DNA from: Gammaproteobacteria bacterium | Lineage (GTDB): Bacteria > Pseudomonadota > Gammaproteobacteria > GCA-001735895 | DNA: 64,000 bases | NCBI GenBank assembly: GCA_050298595.1 | Contig: JBNKUM010000008.1 | Location: 139,017-203,016, forward strand | Direction of reading: 5' to 3' | Shown here: piece after piece, positions 21,257 to 31,456 of the stretch | How the letters are laid out: every line of letters begins with the position of its first letter | How positions within the stretch are numbered: the first letter of the stretch is position 1 | Notes under the pieces: model-generated | Database searches by the model: none | Told to the model about the DNA's origin: nothing | What the model saw: the letters and a program-made list of their open reading frames with translations, nothing else | Program-made: the position numbers and the translations under genes

Positions 21257-23704
21257 ATGCAGAACCTCAAGAAGAGCGCACAAGTGTACTGGAATACCCG
21301 CTGGTTAAGAAGATTAGTTATTAGTGCTGTCAGCCTTTTTATCATTTTGCTGCTCATCCCTGTCGGCATTCAACTGGGCATAGCCTATGTGCTGAAAGAT
21401 CAGGGTGCGAGTGAAGCACATGTTGAAGATATTAACCTTAACCTTTTCTCAGGTAGCTTCGAACTCACCGGCTTAAGCATGCAAGTTGCCGAAAACGATA
21501 GTGCGCAGATTGGGCATATATATGCCAATATCAATATGCTGGATTTAATCAGCAGTCGTGTGGTGCTTGATGAAGTCACCCTGCAGGATGTCAAAGCCCA
21601 GGTATATCGCGGTGATGATGGTAGCATCAGCCTAAATGGGTTGCAGCTAGTAAACAACAAAGCAACCGCAACTCACAACGAAGAAACTCAAACCATCTCA
21701 GAAAAGCCTCTGGCGTTTGCGATCAATAAACTGTTAATCAAACAGGTTTCAGTATCCTATCAGGAAGAGGACTTCCAACAACAGCTAGTAGTAAACGAAC
21801 TGACATTAAACAATATAAAATCCTGGCAACCCGAATCAATTGCAGCTGTTGAAATTGATATGACATTGAATAAATCCCCAATGATACTGACTGCACAGTT
21901 GAATCTATTCGACAAAATCAGAAAACTCAAAGGTCAGGCTTCTATCAAGTCACTGGCATTTACCCCTTTTGCAAAATATTACCGCGACTATTTAACAGAC
22001 CTGCAGGGAAAACTGACGGTTTCCAGCCGATTTGATATTGCAATGGATGGCCAGATTAGTGGGCATGTTGAGAATGACGTAGAGATTGCTGGACTTGATT
22101 TACAGTATCAACATATCCAACAGCAAAACGAAGTCATCCAGTGGAAGGGGAAAACTGAACTTATGGCCAATAGTCTGCCCGTTATTCATGGCACCTTGCA
22201 GATAAAAAATAGTACAACAACAGATAGCGAACAAAAATATGAAGTTGCATCTTTTAGCTCGTTAGCCCTGCAAGAGCTTGCATTTAAAGCAGGCAACATC
22301 ACGCTGGATAAAATCAATTTACAGGATATGAAGCTGGCCACTCAGAGCAAGGATCATCAACTTCTGGAGCTGGGACAGTTGAATATTAATAAGGTAGATT
22401 TTCGTCAGTCAGCCCAGTCTGTAGCCATTGAACTGATTACGCTAAACAAACCCATACTACAGGTCACGCTGGATGAGAAAAAACAACTCCGACAAATAAC
22501 ACCCCTTCTGGCGACTATCCAGGCTTTCTCAAAAAGTAATGAACAGGCAGAAACCGAAACCAGCACAGCCATCTCAACAGAGCAGGACAAAAAGCCACTC
22601 GGCATAAAAATAGCAAAACTAATATTAAAAGAACCGGGCAAGCTGGACTTTTCTGACCTCAGTGTTTCACCCAATTATGCGACCACGATCCACTTTAACC
22701 AGATTGAAATGGATAATATCTCATCAACTGAAGCAGCAGATTTCCAGTTGGCATTGAAGCAAGGTGACTACACAACTCTGGATATCAAGGGCTCTGGTTT
22801 ACTGTTAGACATAACCCGCCAGATAGCTTTCAAAGCAAAAATCAAACAACTCGACCTGCCACCAGTAACTGCCTACACCAGCGAGGCCATAGGCTATGGG
22901 ATGAAAAGTGGAGTCATTGATTCGGATATTAGTGTCAAAATCGATAATCGAAATATTGACTCCCTGGTAGATTTAAAGATTGATTCGATTGAGGTCGTCG
23001 AAACCCAGGCAAAAACCGCCGAACAGGTGACCAGTGCATCCGGCATGTCAATTGATCTTGCCGTTTCAACCTTGAAAGACGATAAAAACATAATCGATTT
23101 AAAACTACCCGTGAAAGGTAACCTTGACGAACCCGATTTCGATCTCAGCCTCGTAGTTAACAAGGCACTAGGTAAAGCAATGCAGTCAGCATCTTTATCC
23201 TACCTTAAATATGCCCTGCAGCCTTTTGGTTCACTGGTTTCATTATTCAATCTGGCAAAAGCAGCTGCCGAACATATATCCTTGCCACCAGTTCTGTTCA
23301 AACCCAACAGCGTGGAATTCGCAGAAAACCAGCAAGACCTTCTGGAAAAAGTGCTTAAGGTACTGAAACAACGACCCGCACTCAAAATCAAAGCTTGCGG
23401 TATTAGCGCACTCGAAGACTATAACTCGATAAAACAGGAGTTAATGACTGCCGAAATCGAACGCATAAAGCAACAACAGAAAACAGAAAATAAAGAAGCA
23501 GACCCAAACAAACCAAAGGAAGAAATCATCATTGCTGAAGAAGTGATCCGGCAACACATGAAAGACCTGGCGGATAAGCGATCCGCCAGGGTTAAGAATT
23601 ATTTTCTGGAGAAAGGCGATTTGAAATCAAATCGGATTTTGAATTGTCTGAGCTCCTCTAGTATGGATGAGAAATCTCATGCTGCGGTTGAATTGCAGAT
23701 ATAA
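21257..23704 (+). CDS. DUF748/AsmA-like large envelope protein with a divergent C-terminal OmpA-like domain
   Basis: 815-aa ORF with one N-terminal TM anchor and a long beta-rich repetitive body. The C-terminal 130 aa resemble an OmpA-like fold (KIKACGIS...SARVKNYFLEKG). Confidence 0.55.
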   Translation: MQNLKKSAQVYWNTRWLRRLVISAVSLFIILLLIPVGIQLGIAYVLKDQGASEAHVEDINLNLFSGSFELTGLSMQVAENDSAQIGHIYANINMLDLISSRVVLDEVTLQDVKAQVYRGDDGSISLNGLQLVNNKATATHNEETQTISEKPLAFAINKLLIKQVSVSYQEEDFQQQLVVNELTLNNIKSWQPESIAAVEIDMTLNKSPMILTAQLNLFDKIRKLKGQASIKSLAFTPFAKYYRDYLTDLQGKLTVSSRFDIAMDGQISGHVENDVEIAGLDLQYQHIQQQNEVIQWKGKTELMANSLPVIHGTLQIKNSTTTDSEQKYEVASFSSLALQELAFKAGNITLDKINLQDMKLATQSKDHQLLELGQLNINKVDFRQSAQSVAIELITLNKPILQVTLDEKKQLRQITPLLATIQAFSKSNEQAETETSTAISTEQDKKPLGIKIAKLILKEPGKLDFSDLSVSPNYATTIHFNQIEMDNISSTEAADFQLALKQGDYTTLDIKGSGLLLDITRQIAFKAKIKQLDLPPVTAYTSEAIGYGMKSGVIDSDISVKIDNRNIDSLVDLKIDSIEVVETQAKTAEQVTSASGMSIDLAVSTLKDDKNIIDLKLPVKGNLDEPDFDLSLVVNKALGKAMQSASLSYLKYALQPFGSLVSLFNLAKAAAEHISLPPVLFKPNSVEFAENQQDLLEKVLKVLKQRPALKIKACGISALEDYNSIKQELMTAEIERIKQQQKTENKEADPNKPKEEIIIAEEVIRQHMKDLADKRSARVKNYFLEKGDLKSNRILNCLSSSSMDEKSHAAVELQI

Positions 23705-23738
23705 AAAAGCCCTTAATTTTATATCAAGGGCTTTTTTT
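23705..23738. terminator. bidirectional rho-independent terminator between convergent genes
   Basis: AAAA-AGCCCTT-(11 nt loop)-AAGGGCT-TTTTTT. The stem has an A-run on one side and a T-run on the other, so it serves both the plus-strand 815-aa gene and the minus-strand lipoprotein gene. Confidence 0.6.
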
Positions 23739-23741
23739 ATA

Positions 23742-25787
23742 TTACTCGACAACCGGAAAATAAATTATAGTTTGATTATTTTTAGGCGTTGAAACAGTTA
23801 TTGTTAATCTACCTGATTTACTATATGCGGGATCCGGATTACTAGGGTCTGGATTTGGATTAGAGTCAGAAATAGAAAAAAGTATATCAGTAAAGCCTGA
23901 GCGCTGAGTATTTTCCACAGTATATGAAGTTGTACCAACTAACTTACCGACAGTCGAAGCAATACTGATAGTCGTTCCGACAGGTAAAGGCTGCCCATGT
24001 CTATCTGAAAAGGAAACTACAACATCCTTATCAGTAGTATCAACAATGTTTAATGTATCAAGTGCATCGGTATCTTGATTAGCATATGTGATATCACCAC
24101 TTGTTGCACTTATGTTGGCAAACGAGTCAGAAAAAACTATTACAAAAGATCTAGAGATATTTAATGTGGTTTGAGATGAGCAACGAGAAGTATCGTTACA
24201 TAAATTCCCATTATATTCAGTATCTGCATCATCATAGGTATGATTTTCATTAAAATCAGCAAAATACTCATCATCAAATAAATTGTTTTCGTTATCGTCC
24301 CTGAATGCCTCGGGTAATTGAGCTTTAATAGCCTCACCATCGCTCAAATAACCATCACCATTTTTATCAGAAAACGATTCAACTCCTTGAGTATAAGCCA
24401 AAATTGTTGACCGGCCATCAGCGGGGCGAGGATTAGCTGAGACCCAGATAACTGAGCAATAACCTGTTGAATCCGTAAAACATTTTGCACCAATTGAACC
24501 GCCCTCGGCCGTAAAAAACACAGGTGTACCAGCTGGAGGGGGATTATTATAAACGTCTGCTAACCGTACATATACATTCACCTTTTCCCCATCGTAGAGC
24601 CAACCTTCTACATTATGTATATCAGGGCTTAATGTAAAACTATCATCATCAGGTAACCCTGCATGAATAACCAGCCCAGTAGACTGTGTAGATATTTGTT
24701 TTGAATTAACAGTAGCTGTAGCTGTGATTTTAACTACTGCCGGAACACTCCCAGATTGAACGACAGTCCTAACCTGTCCAGTACTATCGGAAACTTCTGT
24801 AGTAGGGCTAAATGTTATCCCTCCAGCTGTACCATTGTTGCTGAAAGTAACAGTTTGCCCACCCAGAGGCTGACCCGTAGTATCCAGTACCTGAAAAAGT
24901 AATTCTGAGGTTTCCTGTAATCCTGCACCACCACCTCCAAGTAAGGTAATTGAATCAGGAGTAGCCGAAATAAATTTAATAGTACCAGCCTGAATGGGTG
25001 AAACGGTCACAGTACCTGTTGCAGTAAATTCAGTTCCTCCAAATGTGGCTGAGGCAGTCACTGTATCAGGACCAACACAGCCTCTTGCCTGATATGTAGA
25101 AGTAGCTACACCAGAAGCAGTAACAACTGACGTATCCAAAGAGGCTGACGGAGTAGGTGATGTAGCGCATATCGATGAAAAACTAACCGCAATTGGAGTA
25201 TCAAAAGCGGCTCCATTGCTGTCAACAAAATATGCACTTACAGAAGTAGTACCATTTGCAGATAAAGTTGAAGTTGCAACCTCTAACTGCCCAGAAACAA
25301 ATGAAGCCCCTGAGTTATCACCTAAGTCGACATCAGGTGAAACAACAGCATAGTTAATGGTATCAGTATAATCGGATTGATCGAGGGATGTTGAAACGGT
25401 GACAGTATCCGCACCTGTGCTAGATAAAAACTCTAATGTAACAAAAGCATTACCCGATGCATCAGTCAATACTGAGGACGGAGTGGCTTTTGCTAATGAG
25501 GTAGTAATTGTAACCACACTACCAGCCGCTGCTGCGTCATCCTGATCAGCCACATGAATTAAAATATATCCTGGCTGATCCGCAGAAATTGAAGTTATAT
25601 CATTATCTGTAGAATTGGGACCATCCTTCAAAGCCATTGTTACTGTAAGGCTTGTAGGTGTAGTTGTCCCCCCTTCAGCTGTAGTTGGATTTTCATCGGG
25701 GTTGGTTCTATTAGAATCACTACAACCAACCACACCCATAAAAGCTATAGAAAAAAAAGTGGATAAAATTAGTTTTGACATCTTCAT
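23742..25787 (-). CDS. large surface lipoprotein, Thr/Ser/Gly/Asp-rich, with Ig-like (Big-type) repeats and an acidic Ca-binding-like segment
   Basis: Signal peptide with lipobox MGVVGC, then a long low-complexity T/S-rich beta-repeat region. The acidic stretch DDEYFADFNENHTYDDADTEYNGN is present. Start taken at MKMSKL. Confidence 0.6.
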   Translation of the reverse strand: MKMSKLILSTFFSIAFMGVVGCSDSNRTNPDENPTTAEGGTTTPTSLTVTMALKDGPNSTDNDITSISADQPGYILIHVADQDDAAAAGSVVTITTSLAKATPSSVLTDASGNAFVTLEFLSSTGADTVTVSTSLDQSDYTDTINYAVVSPDVDLGDNSGASFVSGQLEVATSTLSANGTTSVSAYFVDSNGAAFDTPIAVSFSSICATSPTPSASLDTSVVTASGVATSTYQARGCVGPDTVTASATFGGTEFTATGTVTVSPIQAGTIKFISATPDSITLLGGGGAGLQETSELLFQVLDTTGQPLGGQTVTFSNNGTAGGITFSPTTEVSDSTGQVRTVVQSGSVPAVVKITATATVNSKQISTQSTGLVIHAGLPDDDSFTLSPDIHNVEGWLYDGEKVNVYVRLADVYNNPPPAGTPVFFTAEGGSIGAKCFTDSTGYCSVIWVSANPRPADGRSTILAYTQGVESFSDKNGDGYLSDGEAIKAQLPEAFRDDNENNLFDDEYFADFNENHTYDDADTEYNGNLCNDTSRCSSQTTLNISRSFVIVFSDSFANISATSGDITYANQDTDALDTLNIVDTTDKDVVVSFSDRHGQPLPVGTTISIASTVGKLVGTTSYTVENTQRSGFTDILFSISDSNPNPDPSNPDPAYSKSGRLTITVSTPKNNQTIIYFPVVE

Positions 25788-25866
25788 AACGTATTCCATA
25801 TTACTGTTAGTATCTTATTGATCGAATTTTATTTTTGTTCCTATCGAAGTATGAGCCTTCAGTAAA

Positions 25867-26420
25867 ATACTATGTAAAGCTTAACCCAAGAGTATCAAAA
25901 ATGAGGTTCCTATTATCCACAGACTTATCGAATCTGTGAAGGTATTCAAGAATAAAGGTGAAATACTTACCGCCAAAAAATTTAATGCCAACACCATTTG
26001 AAAACCCGCTCCCAGATTGATCATTGGTGACTTCATCATACAAATACAATCCGCCAAATCCCAGAAGAGTATAGGGATTGTATTTATCTAAATCTTTACC
26101 AGCTTTTAATTAACCACCATAAGTAACTACTCCGTGGTCTGACTTGATTCTAGATATCAAACCAAGTTGTCCTTCAATCGAAACAATTTCATTTAAGACT
26201 ATCCCATACTTCCCCTTAGCATATATCCCCAACCATGGGACTCATCATTGCCAGCATCGACTTTTAGATCATATATACTGCTTGAAAATTGGCATCCGTA
26301 AAACTCACCAGATAGATTCATCTCCGCAAAAACCAGGTTCTGGAAAGTAATACCAAAAATAAAAATCAATTTCACCGGGAATTGATTTAAAAGAATTTTA
26401 TTGATGCTTTTCATGAGCGT
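25867..26420 (-). pseudogene. pseudogenised paralog of the outer-membrane beta-barrel protein at 27811-28416 (one frameshift plus one internal stop)
   Basis: Three-frame reading of the minus strand gives a signal peptide, then EMNLSGEFYGCQFSSSIYDLKVDAGNDESHGWGYMLRGSMG*. A frameshift follows into IVLNEIVSIEGQLGLISRIKSDHGVVTYGG*LKAGKDLDKYNPYTLLGFGGLYLYDE... This is collinear with the intact 208-aa paralog. Confidence 0.65.
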
Positions 26421-27116
26421 CCTATGCAACTTCAAGTTTATCGAGATTGATTCCAATCTGTGCCTAATATTACAAATACACATTATCAGGATAAACAAAT
26501 GTGACAAAAAATTTTCCAAAACTCATTTCCCAAAAACGTCCACCACATGACAACTATTAACCACACCTGGAAAAGAAAGTATCTTGTCAAAAAAACATAT
26601 CAGGCCTTTGAAGTGAATTGAAAATTGAACGTAAAACTAAGCTCGGATATCCATGTATTTATCAAATAAACCACCCCATCAAGACGGTTTCGATATCAAA
26701 ACATCCTACGAAGCAATATTAACTGATTTAATATAAATAATAGTCAGCATTCTTACAATAAGTAAAATAGCGTAGGCAAGAAAACCATATAAGCTGTTTA
26801 GCGTACGACTCCATAAGCTCTTAATGTGCTACACATAGTCATCTCTACCATATCCCAAAGAAAACCATAGCTATTCATTTTTTAATCTATATTACAATAA
26901 TACGGTAATGTCGTAATGGACTACAAAATGGACCATCTATTAAGGATACATAATTGTTGGCGATCACAGTCTTATCAAAACAGAAAAAAGTTAGATTTAC
27001 AAAACCTGAATAAAAAAATCAAAATTTGACTTTTGAGAAGCGCCGACATAGGTAGGTGTTCCATCCGCAGCAAGGGTTGATCCAACCATTCCCTTTACCA
27101 CTCCGCAACAAAATGT

Positions 27117-27248
27117 TTAAAAGTCGGAGTGAGCAGAACTTATATCACGTATTTTTGCATCAAGGTTTATAATTGCTACACTAACAGTGGATGCAGCTAC
27201 CAGCGATAAAGCGCATGTAAGAGTAGCCAATTTGGATTTCAGTTTCAT
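27117..27248 (-). CDS. candidate small secreted peptide (43 aa)
   Basis: MKLKSKLATLTCALSLVAASTVSVAIINLDAKIRDISSAHSDF has a clear signal-peptide-like N-terminus. A strong GAGGTG Shine-Dalgarno lies 7 nt upstream of the internal ATG. It sits in an otherwise ORF-free AT-rich spacer. Confidence 0.25.
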   Translation of the reverse strand: MKLKSKLATLTCALSLVAASTVSVAIINLDAKIRDISSAHSDF

Positions 27249-27810
27249 TTTTTTCACCTCGTGAAATCGAAAAGGTGAATATAACAACGCATCAATCAAT
27301 CCATTTTTTAATGAACTTTATTAATACAATGACTTAATAAGTTATCAGCAATAAATACGTCATAAACCGTAAAAAAGGCTGGCATCATGAGTCTTTTGAG
27401 TGTGAAAACTTTATACACAATTTTTCACAATTGTGAGCTGCTAGCTCTATCCTTTATGAAAAATATAAGTAACGACTCAGCGTAAAAACAAATGATAGCG
27501 GATAGCTCAATGAATAAACGCAGACAACTCACCTTCAAAAACAAACTTAAAAGTTGCGAAGCATTTCTCTTTTTCTTGCGGCAGATAGAAACATAACCAT
27601 GAACCCGGCAGAATATTTTAGCGTCCTATTCACTACGAAAACAGCCAGATATTTTCTGCTGCACTTTGGTCATACACCAAGCTTTTGTTAATTACGATCA
27701 TTGACCAGAAAAATTTTCAAAAAGAAGTTGCTTTTCTCGTAATTATGTAACAAAGAGGAAAGAGCTTTATCACAAACTTTATTTCTATTTTTCAGAAGAT
27801 CGTTTACAAC

Positions 27811-28416
27811 TTAATATCTGATGGACTTAATTTTATTTCTGTTTTTATTGAAATAAGACTTATCTTCTACGAAATAGTAGGTATAACCGATTCCAAGCGA
27901 ATCAAAAGTTAAATCTCCAGCATCGACAGATTTATTCAACACGGTTAAATATTCCAGTGTAATTGCGACCTCTTTACTGCCTAAAATCTCTAAACCCAGT
28001 CCGTAGGATCCACCAGCCTCCGATTCATTATTTTCAGCATCATAGCTATAGATTCCACCCAAACCGAGTAAACCATATAGTTTGTAATCTCCAAAATTCT
28101 TGCCAGCACGTAGATATGCCCCGTAAACCATAAGACTTTCTGCACCCTCTGGGCTGTTTGTAAATCCTAACTGCCCCTCCAACGATACAGTATCATTCAT
28201 AACCCAGCCATACTTGCCTTTAAGATGGCCATAACCAGTTTCTGTCGATCCTGAATTATATTCTAATTTATAATTACTGTTGGAAAACTGAATTCCGTAA
28301 TAAGACCCCGTAAGTTCAATCTCAGCCTGTGCTGAAAAACTGAGTATTATTAAAGCCAGTGTAAGTGTTAAAAACCTGGCTGCAGATAGTAAGTTAGGTA
28401 GAGTTTTATTTTTCAT
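27811..28416 (-). CDS. small outer-membrane beta-barrel protein (OMP_b-brl/OmpA-TM-like family)
   Basis: Signal peptide ending SAQA-EIE. The mature protein has alternating aromatic/Gly beta-strand patterning and aromatic-rich strand ends. Start likely at MKNKTL rather than the upstream Met. Confidence 0.65.
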   Translation of the reverse strand: MKNKTLPNLLSAARFLTLTLALIILSFSAQAEIELTGSYYGIQFSNSNYKLEYNSGSTETGYGHLKGKYGWVMNDTVSLEGQLGFTNSPEGAESLMVYGAYLRAGKNFGDYKLYGLLGLGGIYSYDAENNESEAGGSYGLGLEILGSKEVAITLEYLTVLNKSVDAGDLTFDSLGIGYTYYFVEDKSYFNKNRNKIKSIRY

Positions 28417-28673
28417 GAGTACCTCTGTGCAACTCATATTTGAATTGGGTTGATTATAGCCGAGACCTATAGCTTACCTTAAGAATATAGAATAAATTTT
28501 TGACTTACAAGCCTATTCTAAAGTCATCAACCTTGGGACCAGTATTCAACAAACAATAACTTTAGCGTATGGAAGTACGCTTCAAGAAATTAGATTGAAA
28601 AGACGGAAATTCAACCCAGTATCTGGCTGAATTTCCATTCTTCTTTTTGAGCAGAAAGCTTTCAACCAGTGAA

Positions 28674-30110
28674 TTAATTTTTCCTTGGGATATATAGATC
28701 AGTAATCGTTCCCTCAGCCATTTCCGCTGCGAAATTGAAGGTTTCAGATAATGTTGGATGTGCATGGATGGTCAACCCAATATCCTCAGCGTCGGCACCC
28801 ATTTCCAGAGCTAGTACCGCTTCAGCAATCAACTCACCTGCATTTGGACCTACAATACCGGCACCGATAATTCGTCTGGTTTCCTTATCAAACAATACCT
28901 TGGTCATCCCTTCATCGCGATCAAGACCTAGCGAACGTCCGCTAGCAGCCCAGGGGAAAGCGCCTTTTTCATAAGCTATCCCCTGCTCTTTGGCGGCAGT
29001 TTCAGATACGCCCATCCAGGCGATTTCCGGATCTGTATAAGCTACCGAAGGTATAGTCATAGGCTCAAAGTATGATTTCATTCCCGCGATAACTTCAGCC
29101 GCTACCTTAGCTTCGTGGGTAGCTTTGTGCGCCAGCATAGGTTGCCCGACGATATCTCCAATGGCAAAGATATGAGGGACATTGGTGCGCATTTGCGAGT
29201 CAACGTTGATAAATCCACCTTCATCTACGTTAACACCCGCTTTATCAGCGCCAATTTTATGGCCATTTGGACGTCGTCCAACAGCAACCAGAACCTTATC
29301 GTAAACCTGCGGACCGGGATCATTCTTACCTTCAAAAGTCACTTTTAATCCACTTTTCTGGGCTTTGATGTCAGATACTTTGGTACTTAGAAGAATGTCT
29401 TTATACCTGCCTTTTAGTATTTTCATTAGAGGGCGTACCAGATCCTTATCACAGCCAGGTATCAGTGAATCCATGAACTCAACCACTGTGATTTCAGAAC
29501 CAAGCGCATCATATACTGTTGCCATTTCCAGACCAATGATTCCACCGCCAATAATCAGCAGCTTTTTAGGTACTTCTTTTAATTCCAGAGCATCGGTTGA
29601 GTCCATCAAACGATCGTCATCATTTGGAAATACTGGAATTTGAGTAGCCTGAGAGCCCGCTGCGATAATACAGTTTTCAAATGAGACGATAGTATCAACG
29701 CCATCTTTAGTGACCTTTAATTGATGGTCATTGATAAACTCACCGTAGCCATTAACCACCTCAACCTTGCGTTGTTTGGCTAACTGTTTTAATCCCCCCG
29801 TCAATTTGGTCACAACACGAGACTTAAAGCCATTGATGCCATCGAGATCAATTTTGGGTTTGCCAAAACTCACACCATTTTTTTCCATGTGAGCGGCTTC
29901 ATTAATGATTTGCGCCGTATGCAACAATGCCTTGGACGGAATACAGCCCACATTCAGGCATACGCCGCCGAGTGTATCGTATCGTTCTACCAAAATGACC
30001 TGTTTGCCTAAATCTGAGGCACGAAATGCTGCAGTGTATCCACCAGGACCTGAACCCAGAACCAGCACTTCGCAGTGCATATTAGAATCGATAAGATCTT
30101 GTTTACTCAT
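28674..30110 (-). CDS. lpdA: dihydrolipoyl dehydrogenase (E3)
   Basis: 478-aa ORF with FAD-binding GSGPGGY, the redox disulfide GGVCLNVGCIPSK and the C-terminal HAHPT motif. Confidence 0.95.
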   Translation of the reverse strand: MSKQDLIDSNMHCEVLVLGSGPGGYTAAFRASDLGKQVILVERYDTLGGVCLNVGCIPSKALLHTAQIINEAAHMEKNGVSFGKPKIDLDGINGFKSRVVTKLTGGLKQLAKQRKVEVVNGYGEFINDHQLKVTKDGVDTIVSFENCIIAAGSQATQIPVFPNDDDRLMDSTDALELKEVPKKLLIIGGGIIGLEMATVYDALGSEITVVEFMDSLIPGCDKDLVRPLMKILKGRYKDILLSTKVSDIKAQKSGLKVTFEGKNDPGPQVYDKVLVAVGRRPNGHKIGADKAGVNVDEGGFINVDSQMRTNVPHIFAIGDIVGQPMLAHKATHEAKVAAEVIAGMKSYFEPMTIPSVAYTDPEIAWMGVSETAAKEQGIAYEKGAFPWAASGRSLGLDRDEGMTKVLFDKETRRIIGAGIVGPNAGELIAEAVLALEMGADAEDIGLTIHAHPTLSETFNFAAEMAEGTITDLYIPRKN

Positions 30111-31423
30111 TACAATAGTACCCTTCTGATATCCGTCATTAGTCGACTGAGATAGTTAGTAAAGCGCGCGCCCTGAGCACCATCGATAACTCGATGATCA
30201 TAGGACAGCGCTAATGGAAGAATGAGCCCTGGTTTAAAGGTCCCATCCGATTGATAAACTGGTTGCATTTTTGATCGTGCCACTCCAAGGATTGCAACTT
30301 CAGGTGCATTTACAATCGGCGTAAACTGTGTACCGCCGATACCCCCAAGACTGGAAATCGAGAAGCATCCACCCTGCATATCTGCAGGTGAAATTTTACC
30401 ATCACGGGTTCGGGCTGCTACCTGGGCCAACTCAGCTGAAAGTTCATAGATGCCTTTTTTGTCGACATCACGAATCACTGGCACCATTAATCCATTCGGC
30501 GTATCGACTGCAACTCCAATATGAAAATACTTTTTAAGAATCAGGTTTTCACCAGTAGCATCCAGTGAAGCATTAAACTCGGGGAATTCCTGCAAAGCAG
30601 ATACAACTGCTTTCATGATGAATACCAGTGGAGTCAATCTAACCCCTTTTTTTTCGGCTTCTTTCGCAAGAGATTTTCTAAAAGCTTCCAGATCGGTAAT
30701 ATCAGCTTCATCAAACTGCGTGACATGCGGAACAGTCACCCAGCTTCTATGCAAATGTGCACCAGAGATTTTTTTGATCCGACTTAGTGGCTGGTTTTCG
30801 ATTTCACCAAATTTACTAAAATCTATCACGGGTGCGGCAGGTACGTTCAATCCACTTCCTGTTGCTGCTGGCACCCCGGCCTGCAGGGTAGACTTGACAT
30901 ACTGTTGAACGTCTTCCTTAAGGACGCGCCCCTTTTCTCCCGAACCATTAACCTTAGAAATATCTACCCCAAGCTCACGCGCAAAGCGTCGAATTGACGG
31001 GCTTGCATGCGCCATATTCCCCGGATGCATAGTTTCGTTTGAATCCGGTACCGGTGGTGGTTTTATAGACGAAGCTAATGAAACCTCTGACTCTGTCGCC
31101 TTTTCAATAATTACAGCTGTATCTTCTTCAGCAGATGCTTTTTCAAAAGTCTCGATTCCTGCTGTACTTTCAGATGACGAGGAATCAACTTCAATCACCG
31201 CTATCTCTTTTCCTTTTGAAATTCTATCCCCTACTTTTACTGCTACCGAATTGATTACACCTGCAAAGGGTGTAGGAATTTCCATCGTTGCCTTATCCGA
31301 TTCCAGGGTGATTATGGAATCTTCAGCTTCTACCTTATCACCCGCCGAAATCAGTACTTCGATGATTTCAATCTCATCAAAGTCTCCAATATCCGGTAAT
31401 ATTATTTTTTCTGTGTTAGCCAC
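30110..31423 (-). CDS. aceF: dihydrolipoamide acetyltransferase (PDH E2), single lipoyl domain
   Basis: 437-aa ORF with a lipoyl-lysine motif (LESDKATMEIP), a peripheral subunit-binding domain and the catalytic C-terminus with DHRVIDG. Confidence 0.9.
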   Translation of the reverse strand: MANTEKIILPDIGDFDEIEIIEVLISAGDKVEAEDSIITLESDKATMEIPTPFAGVINSVAVKVGDRISKGKEIAVIEVDSSSSESTAGIETFEKASAEEDTAVIIEKATESEVSLASSIKPPPVPDSNETMHPGNMAHASPSIRRFARELGVDISKVNGSGEKGRVLKEDVQQYVKSTLQAGVPAATGSGLNVPAAPVIDFSKFGEIENQPLSRIKKISGAHLHRSWVTVPHVTQFDEADITDLEAFRKSLAKEAEKKGVRLTPLVFIMKAVVSALQEFPEFNASLDATGENLILKKYFHIGVAVDTPNGLMVPVIRDVDKKGIYELSAELAQVAARTRDGKISPADMQGGCFSISSLGGIGGTQFTPIVNAPEVAILGVARSKMQPVYQSDGTFKPGLILPLALSYDHRVIDGAQGARFTNYLSRLMTDIRRVLL

Positions 31424-31456
31424 GTTGTGCTCCGCTCATATCCGCTGCTAAAAAAA

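Noticed and set aside
27400-27445. Operator-like palindrome CACAATTGTG and TGTGAAAA/TTTTCACA inverted repeat in the AT-rich spacer
   Set aside because: Short palindromes are expected by chance in about 30% GC DNA, and no adjacent gene or promoter could be tied to it.
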